From positions 30,814,001-30,878,000 of the forward strand of contig OZ231126.1 of NCBI GenBank assembly GCA_965153355.1: a stretch of DNA of 64,000 bases. The letters run 5' to 3'. This DNA is from Flaccisagitta enflata (taxonomy: Eukaryota). This document shows positions 1 through 11,693 of this stretch, piece after piece. The notes beneath the pieces were generated by a model. That model did not search any database, had not been told where the DNA came from, and saw nothing but the letters and a program-made list of their open reading frames with translations. The translations under genes were made by a program, and so were the position numbers. Numbering within the stretch: position 1 is the stretch's first letter; the number at the start of each line of letters is the position of its first letter.

Positions 1-107
1 CTTGCAATGTGATAACAAATTCTTCTTCCTGTAATGGCCAATTGAAGTCTTTTAGAGGCTCCTCCACAGGTACCCTAGACCTCTTTGCTTGCTTATTGGC
101 AGACTGA

Positions 108-583
108 GGGGATGTTTCTAGTGAAAGCGTTAAACGCGTTCTGATCGCGTTTTAAGCCAAACGCGTTTTTAGTAGTGGGACCATTGAAAAAAAGTTTCAT
201 GCCTTCCAAAAATCGAACTCCCAAACCCAAAAATGAGAATTAAGTGACTTACCAGTTCGCCACAAAGCGCTGCACAATCGTGGGGTATGGGATTGGACTT
301 ATTTCAAAAGTGATTGGCAAGTTATTGCCCAAATGTAGTTTGAGACCGGTGCAAGATTTGCTTGTTCCAAAGATCGCTCTAGTTGCAAAGCAAAAAGGCA
401 TTCAAATTTTAAAAAAGTCTATACCGGGGTGGCGAACATGCAGAGAGCGAGACTGCAAATTAAAAGTTGCAAGATCGAATCCTGCAATCCCCGAGACTTT
501 TTTTCAATGGCGTTACTGCCTAAAACGCGTTATTCTTGAAATGCGAATGAAACGCGTTTCAGGCTTTCACTAGAAACATCCCC
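108..583. mobile_element. 476-bp PIF/Harbinger (Tourist)-like MITE inserted in the transposase remnant of copy C
   Basis: TIR GGGGATGTTTCTAGTGAAAGC...GCTTTCACTAGAAACATCCCC. Flanks TGA/TAA (3-bp TNA TSD, one mismatch). Removing it restores the host frame (GGT ACT CAG TCT). Confidence 0.85.
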
Positions 584-1146
584 TAAGTACCTACTGACTC
601 AGAAGCCACATAGACATCTTCTACAGTAATGACCTCTTGGTCAGATGGGTCAACTGTGTGCAAAGCAAGCAGATTTTCATACATCTGTTTGGCTGTGATA
701 TTGCACTGTTTGAAATAAACAAAATCATTGGGCATTTCTGAAAACAAAGCCTTTTTCAACTTAACTTCTCTGCTCAGAATAGCCAACTGATCTGCCTCAC
801 TCAGCTTTTTGATTCTGTCATAGCACTTTTTAACACATAAAGAAATCAGTAAATTTTTGGCCAAATCTCTTGTCAGCTTGTCTGCTTCACTGTCTGTCAA
901 GGCCAACTTTGCTTTCATGATCTCTTTCTGAGACTTTGAAAAACCTGCTTCAATTTGATGAACTTCTTTCTGTTTGGCCTTTAGCTCCTTGTCCTTCAAC
1001 ATGTTGACTCCCTCATTACCAAAGGCAAGATCTAAACTTGTTTTTAGCACAAGTCTGTCACTGATAGCTTGGAAAGCAGAGCCTCCCTTGCTTCTTAACT
1101 GTTGAGAAAAATGTCCAAAATAATTTTCTCCAATTTTGTTGTCCAC
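583..1146 (-). pseudogene. C-terminal part of a DDE transposase (hATw-like), fragment
   Basis: PVDNKIGENYFG...LVLKTSLDL; high similarity to ORFs at 34654-35699 and 60038-61084; lies inside a TIR element. Confidence 0.65.
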
Positions 1147-2656
1147 AGGGATGGTCTTAAGCTGTTCTTCAGTGAAGATTTCTGACAGAGGCTTTAAGTG
1201 TGTCTCTCCCTGGCTGCTTTCTTTGCTGAGTATTCCAGATATTCTGGACCAAATTCATACTGAATTCTTCGTTGCCTTGACAGAGTTGCAGCAAGCTGTT
1301 TCATCAAGACTTGCATTGCAGTTTATTGACATCACTGCTCAAGATGCTTGCAAAAGACTCCATCCATTCTTGTTTGTACTTTCTTCCAAATCATCCTCAA
1401 GAGCTGGAAGAGCATGCCTCTCAACTGAGCTGAATTTTAAACCTGGGATTGGTTCCATCATTTGTTTGTACAAATTTTGAAGGATACTTCGAAGAGCCAA
1501 ATGAGTTGGTCAAGGTTGCTGATCCAACAGAATACCAAGAAGTGGCTCCATCAAATGATAGCCAACCTCTACAGTTCATTCATAATGAGAGATGGGACAG
1601 TGATAGTGGAGAAAGGTGAGAGGGGAGTAAAAGTAAAAGAGGAGAGAAAAGAGTGAAACAGAAAGAGGCAAACAGAGTCACAGAAAAAATTTTAAGCACA
1701 ATAACACTTTTATGTGTTTAAAAGATCCATTTTTTGCGAAAAAATGATTTTTTTTTGTCGAATTCTTTGACTAGCAGGGTCTTTTCACTATTTCAGGCAC
1801 ACTTTCTAGTTTTAAAGTTGAAATATAGCTTAGGAATTAGATTAGAACACTTTTTTGCCAAAAATAGCAAGCAAAAATGCTTAAAATCATAGAAAAATCG
1901 ATTTTTTAAGCGATCCGAGGGTTTTTTTTCAACCGATCGAGCTGAAAAAAGTTTCTAACATCTTATCTAAGCCCTACTCACATGTTAATCTGGTAGCAAG
2001 AGTGATATTTTGAAAAAAGTGATATTCTCCTGAATCTCGTACTCCCCTAGAAGAAAGAAAGAGAGAAAGTTCTGGAGAGTAAGCTTGCTTCCTCTTATGC
2101 ACAATCAAGGCAGGATATATCCTGATAAACGGGAGGACAGTCGCGGACGGTTGGGCAGAGGCCGTGAAGTAAAAACCGCATGCAATCCAGAATATGAGAG
2201 ATGGATGGAAGGACTGACGGACCCTCTAACACGGCAAGGTGTAGAGTGACTAGAGTCAAAAAAAAGTTTCCAAAAAATTCCTCTCATAAACTCAAGACCT
2301 GATTCCTGGATTGATTACTAATACTATCCATTGAATAGCTAGACTTTCAGAAAATCACTTTTTTATTATAATTCCACAAGGGTAAAAAGTGCTACAGGAT
2401 TGGTAATTAGTATACATGGAAAGTGTTATTGAATCTTTATAGATTGAAGTAAAGCTCATATTTGTCCAACCAGTTGATGTTGAGTAAAGGAAATAGCTGT
2501 TGTGCCTTATGGTTAACAAAATATTCCCTCAGATTTTAACTATTTGTACAAAAGTTGGCAAACCGAGATTGTAAAAAAAATCAGTAAGTTACCAAATCTT
2601 GGTAATGAATTACAGTTTTAAATCGTTGAGGGTCATCAAAACTCAAAAGACCCATC

Positions 2657-3494
2657 CACAGTGCGGCCAAAACCTAACACCCGCAGATAAATGCCCTATC
2701 TCCACTCCGACCACCCTAATCACCCCTGCCAGCCTACACAGTGCGGCCAGAACCTAACGCCCGCAGATAAATGCCCTATCTCCACTCCGACCACCCTAAT
2801 CAGCCCTGCCAGCCTACACAGTGCGGCCAGAACCTAACGCCCGCAGATAAATGCCCTATCTCCACTCCGACCACCCTAATCACCCCTGCCAGCCTACACA
2901 GTGCGGCCAGAACCTAACGCCCGCAGATAAATGCCCTATCTCCACTCCAACCACCCTAATCACCCCTGCCAGCCTACACAGTGTGGCCAGAACCTAACGC
3001 CCGCAGATAAATGCCCTATCTCCACTCTGCCCACCCTAATCACCCCTGCCAGCCTACAGTGCGGCCAGAACCTAACGCGCAGATAAATACCTATCTCCCT
3101 CAAACCACCTAATCACCCCTGCCAGCCTACACAGTGAAGCCCAGAACCTAACGCCACATGAATAAATGCCTATCTCCACTCATTACCCTACTCACCCCTG
3201 CCAGCCTACACAGTGCGGCCAGGGCAACCCCTGCGCTTCCGCAGATAAATGCCTATCTCCTCGACACTAATCACCTGCCAGCCTGCCAGTCGTGAGGCCC
3301 TAACACCCACAGATAAATGCCCTATCTCCACTCAAGCACCCTAATCACCCCTGCCAGCCTACACAGTGCGGCCAGAACCTAACGCCCGCAGATAAATGCC
3401 CTATCTCCACTCCGACCACCCTAATCACCCCTGCCAGCCTACACAGTGCGGCCAGAACCTAACGCCCGCAGATAAATGCCCTATCTCCACTCCG
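2657..3494 (+). repeat. 80-bp tandem repeat, about 10.5 copies
   Basis: GTGCGGCCAGAACCTAACGC recurs at 2741, 2821, 2901, 2981 (period 80); central copies contain many indels. Confidence 0.95.
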
Positions 3495-3556
3495 TTGTGT
3501 CCCAAAATTGTGTCCCTACATTGTCTCAAAATTGTCTCGGTTTTGTTTCCCGACAT

Positions 3557-6500
3557 TAGATAGTATGTTCACCCCTTCACGGGTGCGGGCTACCTGTACC
3601 TGGACGGAATTTACTATTTTTATGTTTTTATAACGTAAAACAAAACAGTGGCAAACTTTTTGACCAATTTTGGATACCGCGAGTTCCATTTATTTATCAC
3701 GCTCCCAGGTGGTTGTATTGAAAATGTTATGGTAGTCACTTTGGGCTCAAAATCAGGCCGCTGGTTTTGGTGACCTGAATCTGTGAGATTGGAGCTTCAG
3801 AGCTCAAGAGAGCTGTCCAGTGTTAATCCGCATGTTGCTATCGTTTTTTGTTAAGATTTGAGAGCTTTTCAAAGATGGGGAAAGGGTATGAGGTTTTTAT
3901 CCAGATGAATTTGATGGTCAATTTTGACATTTTTTACAATTTTTGATAAATCTCTGCTTTGGATGAACCAATTTGGATGAAGTTGGTGACCAAATTGAAG
4001 AGTTTTTGATGCTCTAACTAAATCTGTTAAAATTTTTGATGGAAATATGACCTCAAAATTTTCAGGGCTCTAAACAGGTGCTAAAAAGTGAATTACCGCC
4101 TTTTTGGCTACTTTGGTCAATTAATTTAGGCACCTTCCGAGATAGAAAATGACAAAAAATCAGGGGCAAGTGCTTCTGTTCAGATCTAACCAATGGTACA
4201 ATTCGCATGTCAATAGGTTAAAGCATGTAGAAGATTTGGCAAAACTGATCAGTGGGTATGATAAAATGACATTTTTGGTAATTTTAGTCATTTTGGGCTC
4301 AGAATCGGGCCACTTCTCTTTATAAATTTGACCCAAAATCTGTGAGATTAAGAAACTAGAGCTCAAGCGCTAGCCAGTGGTGCTGTCTGCATGTTGCTAT
4401 CATTTTTCAGCTAAGTTTGAGAGCATTTCAAAGATGGAAGGGTATGAGGTTTATTTCAACAGATGAATTATTTGGTCACTTCTGACAATAGATACAATTA
4501 TTAATATATCACCGCTTTGGATGGAGAAATTTGGACAAACTTAGTGTTCGAATTCTAGAATTTTTGTGCAATTGGCATGTCACCAAGTTAAAGCATATAG
4601 ATTTGGTAAAGCTTCAAAGATCAGTGGGTTTCATAAAATGATATTTTTTAGTTATTTTGGTCATTTGGGCCAACTGATATATGTGAGTTATAATATGTTG
4701 TGCATGCGACTTTAAAAATCAATTGAAAAACACAGCATTATAAGATAATTTTTCTTTATTCTATTGCTATATTTCTTTTAAAAATACTTACTGATTTTTG
4801 TCATTTCTATCTCAGAGAAATACCCAAATTGTGATAAAGGCATGCAAAGGTGAAAAAATTCACTTTGCAGGCAGCGGCCGGAGGCTGCAGTGACTATGAT
4901 TCCTGGGTCTCCGAGTTTCGTCCAGTCCCATCCACATCCGTCTGTCCCCTGCCCTGGGTATGGCTTTCTAGATGCCAAAATTTAGGCCTCTCAGAACCTC
5001 AATCAGGCCTTTCAGACCTCAAATCAGGCCTCGCCTGACCCCTAAATCAGGCCTTTTGGACCCCAAGTCCGACCTTCAGATATCTAATCAGGCAGCTGAC
5101 CATAATCAGGCCTTGAGCTCTAGTCCAGACCCAAATTCAGGCCTCTAAGCCTACGCTAGCCTCAAACCTCTCAGATCAGGCAGTCTCAGACCTCCGTCAG
5201 GCAACTCCAGAACTCAGCAGGTTACTTGGACCCAAATCAAGTGCGGGAGCCACCTGGTGTCCCGACATGCAGGATCATAGGTCATTGGCTTGTAATCAGC
5301 CATGCCAGCTGTCCTTATCATTCTATTTTGGCATCACAATTAACAAAGGGAGCATCAGTACCGCTGACCATGTAGCAGCTTACTGCGACTGACAGCACCT
5401 GCTTCCGTCTCCCAAAAATTTTGAGGTCATATCGATCAAAAATTCTAGCAGGTTCAGTTAGAGCATCAAAAACTCTTCAATTTGGTCGCCAATTTCATCC
5501 AAATTCGTCCATCCAAAGCAGAGATATATCAAAAATTGTAAAAAATGTAAAAATTAACCACCAAATTCATCTGGTAATAAAACCCTCATACCCTTCCATC
5601 TTTGAAAAACTCTCAAATCTTAACAAAAAACGATAGGAACATGCGGATTGCACCACTGGTTAGCTCTTGAGCTCTAGTTTCATAATCTCACAGATTTTGG
5701 GTCAAATTTATAAAGGGAAGTGGCCCAATTTAAAGCCTAAAATGACCAAAATTACAAAAAAATGTCATTTTATCATACCCACTGATCTTTGAAGCTTTGC
5801 CAAATCTATATGCTTTAACCTATTGACATGCCGATTGCACCATTGGTTAGATCTTGAACAGAAGTTTAATTTGCCCACTGATTTTTTGTCATTTTCTATC
5901 TCAGAAGTGCCCAAATTATTTGACCAAAGTAGCTAAAAGGGCGAAAAAATTCACTTTTTAGCACCTGCTTCTAGAGTCTCCCAAAAATTTTGAGGGTCAT
6001 ATCGATCAAAAATTTTACCAGATTCAGTTAGAGCATCAAAAACTCTTTAATTTGGTCGCCAAGTTCATCCAAATTTGTCCATCCAAAGCGGAGATATATC
6101 ATAAATTGTAAAAAATGTCAAAATTGACCACCAAATTCATCTGGTTAAAAAACCCTCATACCCTTCCATCTTTGAAAAACTCTCAAATCTTAACAAAAAA
6201 CGATAGGAACATGCGGATTGCACCACTGGTTAGCGCTTGAGCTCTAGTTTCATAATCTCACAGATTTTGGGTCATATTTTTAAAGGGAAGTGGCCCGATT
6301 TTGAGCCCAAAATGACCAAAATTACCAAAAAATGTCATTTTATCATACCCACTGATCTTTGAAGCTTTGCCAAATCTATATGCTTTAACCTATTGACATG
6401 CCAATTGCACCACTGGTTAGATCTTGAACAGAGTTTTAATTTGCCCACTGATTTTTTGTCATTTTCAATCTCAGAAGTGCCCAAATTATTTGACCAAAGT

Positions 6501-7067
6501 AGCTAAAAGGGCGAAAAAATTCACTTTTTAGCACCTGCTTCTAGAGTCTCCCAAAAATTTTGAGGGTCATATCGATCAAAAATTTTACGAGATTCAGTTA
6601 GAGCATCAAAAACTCTTTAATTTGGTCACCAATTTCATCCAAATTTGTCCATCCAAAGCGGAGATATATCAAAAATTGCAAAAAATGTCAAAATTGACCA
6701 CCAAATTCATCTGGTTAAAAAACCCTCATACCCTTCCATCTTTGAAAAGCTCTCAAATCTTAACAAAAAACGATAGCAACATGCGGATTGCACCACTGAT
6801 TAGCTCTTGAGCTCTAGCTTCATAATCTCACAGATTTCAGGTCAAATTTCAAAACCAAAGTGGCCCGATTTTGAGCCCAAAGTGACCAAATTTCAACATT
6901 TTCACCACAACCACCTTGGAGTGGTGATAAATAAATGGAACTCGCGGTATCCAAAATTGGTCAAAAAGTTTGCCACTGTTTTGTTTTACGTTATAAAAAC
7001 ATAAAAATAGTAAATTCCGTCCAGGTACAGGTAGCCCGCACCCGTGAAGGGGTAAACATACTATCTA
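3557..7067. mobile_element. 3.5-kb foldback-type DNA element with long TIRs made of 570-bp modules
   Basis: TAGATAGTATGTT(C/T)ACCCCTTCACGGGTGCGGGCTACC... is inverted at both ends for >140 bp. CCCGACAT on both flanks (3549-3556, 7068-7075). Internal unit repeats at 5411/5981/6551 and inverted in the left arm. Confidence 0.9.
4867..5393 (+). mobile_element. Degraded copy of the subterminal-IR (HINE-like) family also at 44711 and 47810, inserted in the foldback
   Basis: GCAGCGGCC start, CCTCAAATCAGGCC repeats, GTACCGCTGACCATGT 3' part; interrupts the T-run of the 570-bp unit (CACTTT|AGCACCTGCTTC). Confidence 0.65.
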
Positions 7068-7259
7068 CCCGACATTGATTCCCCAACATTGATTCCCAAC
7101 GTTGTTCCCCAACGTTGTTTCCCGACATTGTCTCCCGTATTTGTGTCCCGACATTGTGTCCCTACATTGTGTCCCAACATTGTGTCCCAACATTGTGTCC
7201 CAACATTGTGTTACAATTATCACGAGTCTGGCACGCGACTTATAGGTGTTGGCCTTGTT
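7068..7259 (+). repeat. 13-bp ATTGTGTCCCAAC minisatellite plus HINE-like 3' end (array continues at 3495-3556)
   Basis: Tandem units on both sides of the foldback; ends GCACGCGAC...GGCCTTGTT. Confidence 0.75.
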
Positions 7260-7636
7260 AGGTGCGACAAAGCACCTCAATAACTGGCTCTGTCCGTTGG
7301 TCTGTCGGGTAACGCATTCGTTCGACGATCCACACGTCGCACCTTATTGGCCTACTTGGCCTTGTTTTTCAGTAAATGACACTTTCCTCACCTTTGGTAA
7401 ATTACCGAGTGCCCTACAGAGGATTTGAAACTTAGCGGCGGAGGAATTGTAACTTAGCGGAGCGGAAAGCAGAGACGGCGAGGGGATGAACGGAAGAACC
7501 AAAAAAGTAAGTAAGCACCTTGGAGCAGAGGTTGCGGAAATTTAGTCCTCAACTATCAAACCTCGCAAACTTACCAGCGGAAAAATGAAGAGGAGAGGAA
7601 TTGTGCTCGCAATATGCGGAAACGAAGATTCCGTTC

Positions 7637-7810
7637 TTTTTAGTCGCGTGCACGCGACTCTACATCCCGCTTTGTCAGTTGGTCGGTTGGTCCGTCACAC
7701 TTTACTTTTTTTATGATTTTTATTTCTTGACCTTACTGTCCTGCCCAAATGAGACCTCAAATACAGCCACTGCCACCCACGCGACTTCGGTAACCGTGTA
7801 TCTGTGGCTG
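7637..7810 (+). mobile_element. Helentron-associated (HINE/DINE-1-like) element, family TAGTCGCG
   Basis: TTTTAGTCGCGTGCACGCGACTC hairpin start, GGTC/GGTT microsatellite, CTGCCC core, CACGCGAC repeat near the 3' end. Confidence 0.7.
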
Positions 7811-7812
7811 TA

Positions 7813-7850
<38 letters not shown>

Positions 7851-8229
7851 AGAGAGAGAGAGACAGAGAAAGAGAGAGACGAGAGAGAGAAGACACGAGA
7901 GCAGACGGACAGACACGAGAAGAAACAGACAGACAGACACGAGAGAAATCACTCTACACACACAGAGGGAGTCATTCACTCACACACACACACACACACA
8001 CAGTATCGACAACTGTCACTGCGTTAAGTACTCTTACTAAAGCGTCTTAGATCAGACCTTGTGAAGTAGCGGTGCCTAATTTTGATTGCTGAGGTTTTTG
8101 AGGATTGACAATTGAGGACTGAATTTCCGCAGCCTCCGCCCTACGTTCTGGGTTCCTCTGTCCGTCCCATTGCCGCCTCCGCTCTTTAATTTCCGCAGCC
8201 TCTGCTCAACATTCCTCCGCCGCCATTAC

Positions 8230-8461
8230 TTTTTAGTCGCGTGATCTACACCCCGCTTTGTCGGTCCGTCCGTCCGTCGGTCCGTCGGTCTGTCCGTCGG
8301 TCCGTTGGTCCGTCGGTCCGTTGGTCCGTCCGTCACACTTTGCTTTTTCGGCGTTAATAGGGGTTTTGGCCTTACTGCTCCTGCCCAAATGCTCCACTGA
8401 CCTTAATTATGGCCCCTGCCCACCCGCACGCGACTGGGGTAGCCGTGTATCCGGCCTTGTT
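8230..8461 (+). mobile_element. HINE-like element, family TAGTCGCG
   Basis: TTTTTAGTCGCG...(CCGT/CGGT)n...GCACGCGACTGGGGTAGCCGTGTATCCGGCCTTGTT. Confidence 0.75.
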
Positions 8462-8705
8462 GTTTCTTACGCGGTCAAAAACCTTACCGGCGGAAACGCC
8501 TCATTTGCCATTGGTGACGCACTCACAACCGTAGAAATAGCGAGATTTAATAAGTTGGAGGGACGGAAGAAAATTCCGCAGAGTTTCGGTGTGTTACCAA
8601 CTCGACCAACGGTAACCGGCCTATTGATCAGGCGCTGCACTGAGAGACTTAGCGTGGAGCAAACAGCCTTGTGAGATCTCTGGGATTCTCAGATTTTTCC
8701 GATCC

Positions 8706-8832
8706 TTTTTAGGTGCGCCAACGCACCTCTATAACTGGCTGTGTCCGTTGGTCTGTCGGTCGGTCTGTTGGTCGGTAACGCATTCGTTCAACGATCCACT
8801 CGGCGCACCTTATTGGCCTACTTGGCCTTGTT
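8706..8832 (+). mobile_element. Short HINE-like element, family TAGGTGCG (other copies about 7258-7368, 29409-29541 rev, 56598-56727 rev)
   Basis: TTTTTAGGTGCGCCAACGCACCTC...CGCACCTTATTGGCCTACTTGGCCTTGTT. Confidence 0.75.
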
Positions 8833-8863
8833 CATCTATATAAACTTGATTTGCGATAAGCTA

Positions 8864-9463
8864 CTACCTAGAACATAAGTCTTCGTTCACTTGGACAAAA
8901 AACTCATTCAATCATAAAATAATGATAAATTAATTCATATTATGGTTTATATACTTCATCTAACTTCCTGCAGTGGAAACGCCTGCTTCTATGAAACACT
9001 GCAATGATCTGAAAAGCTTCTAAGGGATCTTCTGCCAGACCTTGTCACCTAACATTTGGTGCGAATTCATGTCAGTCCTTACAGAGTCATAGATTGTCCT
9101 TCATGTCTTCATGATCCAGAAATTCTTTGGGGTAATCAGTGTTGGGGAATCAAGTTAGTAGCCTTTAACTTTTTTCAGCCTCTGGCATTTGTTCAGTCAA
9201 ATACTTTGTCTCTAGACAAGCAAGTGTATGGTGTGATAGATATTACAAAAAAACTGCTCAATTCATTTCTCAATTTTCAAAAGTGACAAGCAATCTTCAA
9301 ACTGCTCTCATTTCTAAACGCTTTGAGCTACCAGGATGGGATTGGACTCAAATGAAAGATTCTTTAAAGCCGTTTCTGAATCTCACTAATTTTTTTTATT
9401 TATCTTTAACCAAATTGTAGTTATTGATGTTTATAGGTTAACGAAGACTTATGTTCTAGGTAG
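8864..9463. mobile_element. 600-bp TA-TSD MITE (Tc1/mariner-type)
   Basis: TA|CTACCTAGAACATAAGTCTTCGTT...AACGAAGACTTATGTTCTAGGTAG|TA; an uninterrupted paralogous site is present near 24855. Confidence 0.9.
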
Positions 9464-9691
9464 TACATGGAACTCAAAACGATATCGATTACTTTAAAAT
9501 GTGCAGATGGTTTTCTTTTTTTATCTGTACAAAACAACAATTTAGTTGGAATTAGGATTTTAACTCAAACTGACCAAATGACAAATTAACGAACTACAAA
9601 TGGAGCAGTCATTATGAGACTGCAATATGCAAATGATATCTTGACTTCAATAGCTTTTGTTCCTTTTTCATTTCCCCTTTTTCTTCTTTTT

Positions 9692-9802
<111 letters not shown>

Positions 9803-9905
9803 ATATCAGGGGAAAATAAATGCTACTCGGCAGGATGAAAGAACATATACGCGCCTGATTGATGATGATGATTTTCGTCATTCTCCCGCGCTGATATTCC
9901 AGGTG

Positions 9906-10138
9906 ATGGATACGGAAAAGGCCCGGACGAGCTTGTTGGAGGCGAAGGATAAATGCTTGGAGATGATCTCGTTGGTGGAAAATTCGAAGATCGAAGCTGC
10001 TGAAGGCGAAGACGAAGCCAAAATCAAAAGAATACAAATGATGGAAATTTCCAGACTCGAGACACAAGCAGACGAATTACTGCTCATGGCTTTTGGACTG
10101 CTGGGGAATGTCCACTTTAAATGCTCCAGTTTGGAGGG

Positions 10139-10142
<4 letters not shown>
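9906..10142 (+). CDS. Putative 78-aa helical protein (or terminal exon), paralogue of 18710-18928
   Basis: Non-repetitive coding-like ORF MDTEKARTSLLEA...ISRLETQADELLLMA. Acceptor-like TTCCAG at 9897-9902 (alternative GTGCAG at 9797-9802). Similarity to the 18710 ORF. Confidence 0.6.
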
Positions 10143-10185
<43 letters not shown>

Positions 10186-11340
10186 ATTTAAATGAGTACG
10201 ACAAATAACTTAGGCATTTCTTCACATTGAAGATCTTGTGAGACTAAAACTAGTATATTGATGTAAAACTACTGCTTGTTTATTTAATGATGGGAAGTCT
10301 TGTACCATAAAAATATGGATACGAAAACGAAATGATACTTTGGGCTGTAACTTTTTGAGTCTTTGTTTTAACAACCATAAAAACGCTCACGTCCGAGTGA
10401 TCTAATGAATCTCATTCTCAAGTCTGTTGTTGCATCTCAAAAATTTAATTGTCCGCAGACGCTCAATTTTTTCTGACTTTTTTGTAATCTTAAAATGAAA
10501 CGAAACTCAATGCAATGCCCTATGGCGCGTCACATGTTCAGATAAAATAAAACGATTGCTTTTTGTCGTATGCAGTGATAATCAAAATCGATGTTCAAGG
10601 CCGCTATCTGCCTATGAATATAGAAATGAAGTTTCGTTACTTGTGCCTTTTTAGTAGCTTTCTTTACTCAAGAATGGATCTTTAATTGCATGTGAATGAT
10701 CGTATCCTAAAGCTTGGAAATTTTCTGACGATTAGAGTATTTAAATACCGCAAACAGTAAAAAAATCACAATTCGAGATTACCAAAAATCCTGCTTTACT
10801 GAGTATTACTGTTAGAGTTATATAAAATCAAAAGTGGGTTTTGTTTTTTAAAACCTGCCATTTCACCATCCCCCCTTTTTCCTGCCCTTTCGCATCGTGT
10901 TCGCCGGCATTAGATTTTATTACCGTAGTGCTGACTGTATTTATTTTGCCCTTTGTTTTGCTTTGTTGTGTTCTTTTTTTTATAATTGGGGTTTGCTCTT
11001 ACCCCAGAAATTATATAATACTTAGATGATAGTAAGTTAACTACCGATTTACACTTATTGATCCTCATTTATTTACGAAACAAACTAACCAGAAACAAAT
11101 TAACAAAGAAAGACAAGCAAACAAAAGAACAAAAAAAAACCTCTTTGAATCTCTCATTGCCAACATCGGCATGAAAACAAATACTTTATTTTGATACTAC
11201 AACCTCTGATTATTTAATAATTGAGAAGATCTTGTGTACATCCGTTAAACTTGTTTTTTATTTCAGATTTGTTTTAAGTAATTAAGTAATAAAGCAGGGA
11301 CAAAAAAAAGGCAAATAAACGAACAAGCAAAAAGGCAACG

Positions 11341-11524
11341 ATGCCTCCAAAGGCGGCGGACAAGGGCAAGGCAGGGAAGGCGGCGCCAGCGGCGGCGAAA
11401 AAGCCTAAGGAAGGCGGCGGCGGCAAAGCCAAGAAGAAGAAGTGGTCAAAGGGAAAAGTCAGAGACAAACTCAACAACTTGGTCCTCTTTGACAAACCAA
11501 CCCTCGAAAAACTCATGAAGGAAG
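11341..11524 (+). CDS. RPS25: 40S ribosomal protein S25 (eS25), coding exon 1
   Basis: MPPK...[27 protein letters not shown] signature; phase-1 donor G|GTGAGA. Confidence 0.97.
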
Positions 11525-11632
11525 GTGAGATTGATTGATTGATTCATTGCGTGTTTTATTTATCAATTGTTCGTTTGTACAACAACTGGGTCCTCAAGGA
11601 CCTAGGATATAACACCTACAACAACAACAAAG

Positions 11633-11693
<61 letters not shown>

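Larger units (their letters stand above)
1..2049 (-). mobile_element. Diverged, decayed copy (copy C) of the 7-bp-TSD DNA transposon family; 3' end runs off the window
   Basis: Terminus ...ATCTCGTACTCCCCTA at 2034-2049 (reverse complement TAGGGGAGTACGAGAT, compare TAAGGGAGTACGAGAT of copies A/B). ORF 583-1146 is homologous to 34654-35699. Upstream frameshifted coding remnant (KQMMEPIPGLKFSSVERHALPAL) and downstream WPLQEEEFVITLQ at 1-107. Confidence 0.85.

Noticed and set aside
2657-3494. Regular repeat array as a possible CRISPR-like locus
   Set aside because: Units are contiguous 80-mers with no unique spacers, in a eukaryotic context with no cas genes.
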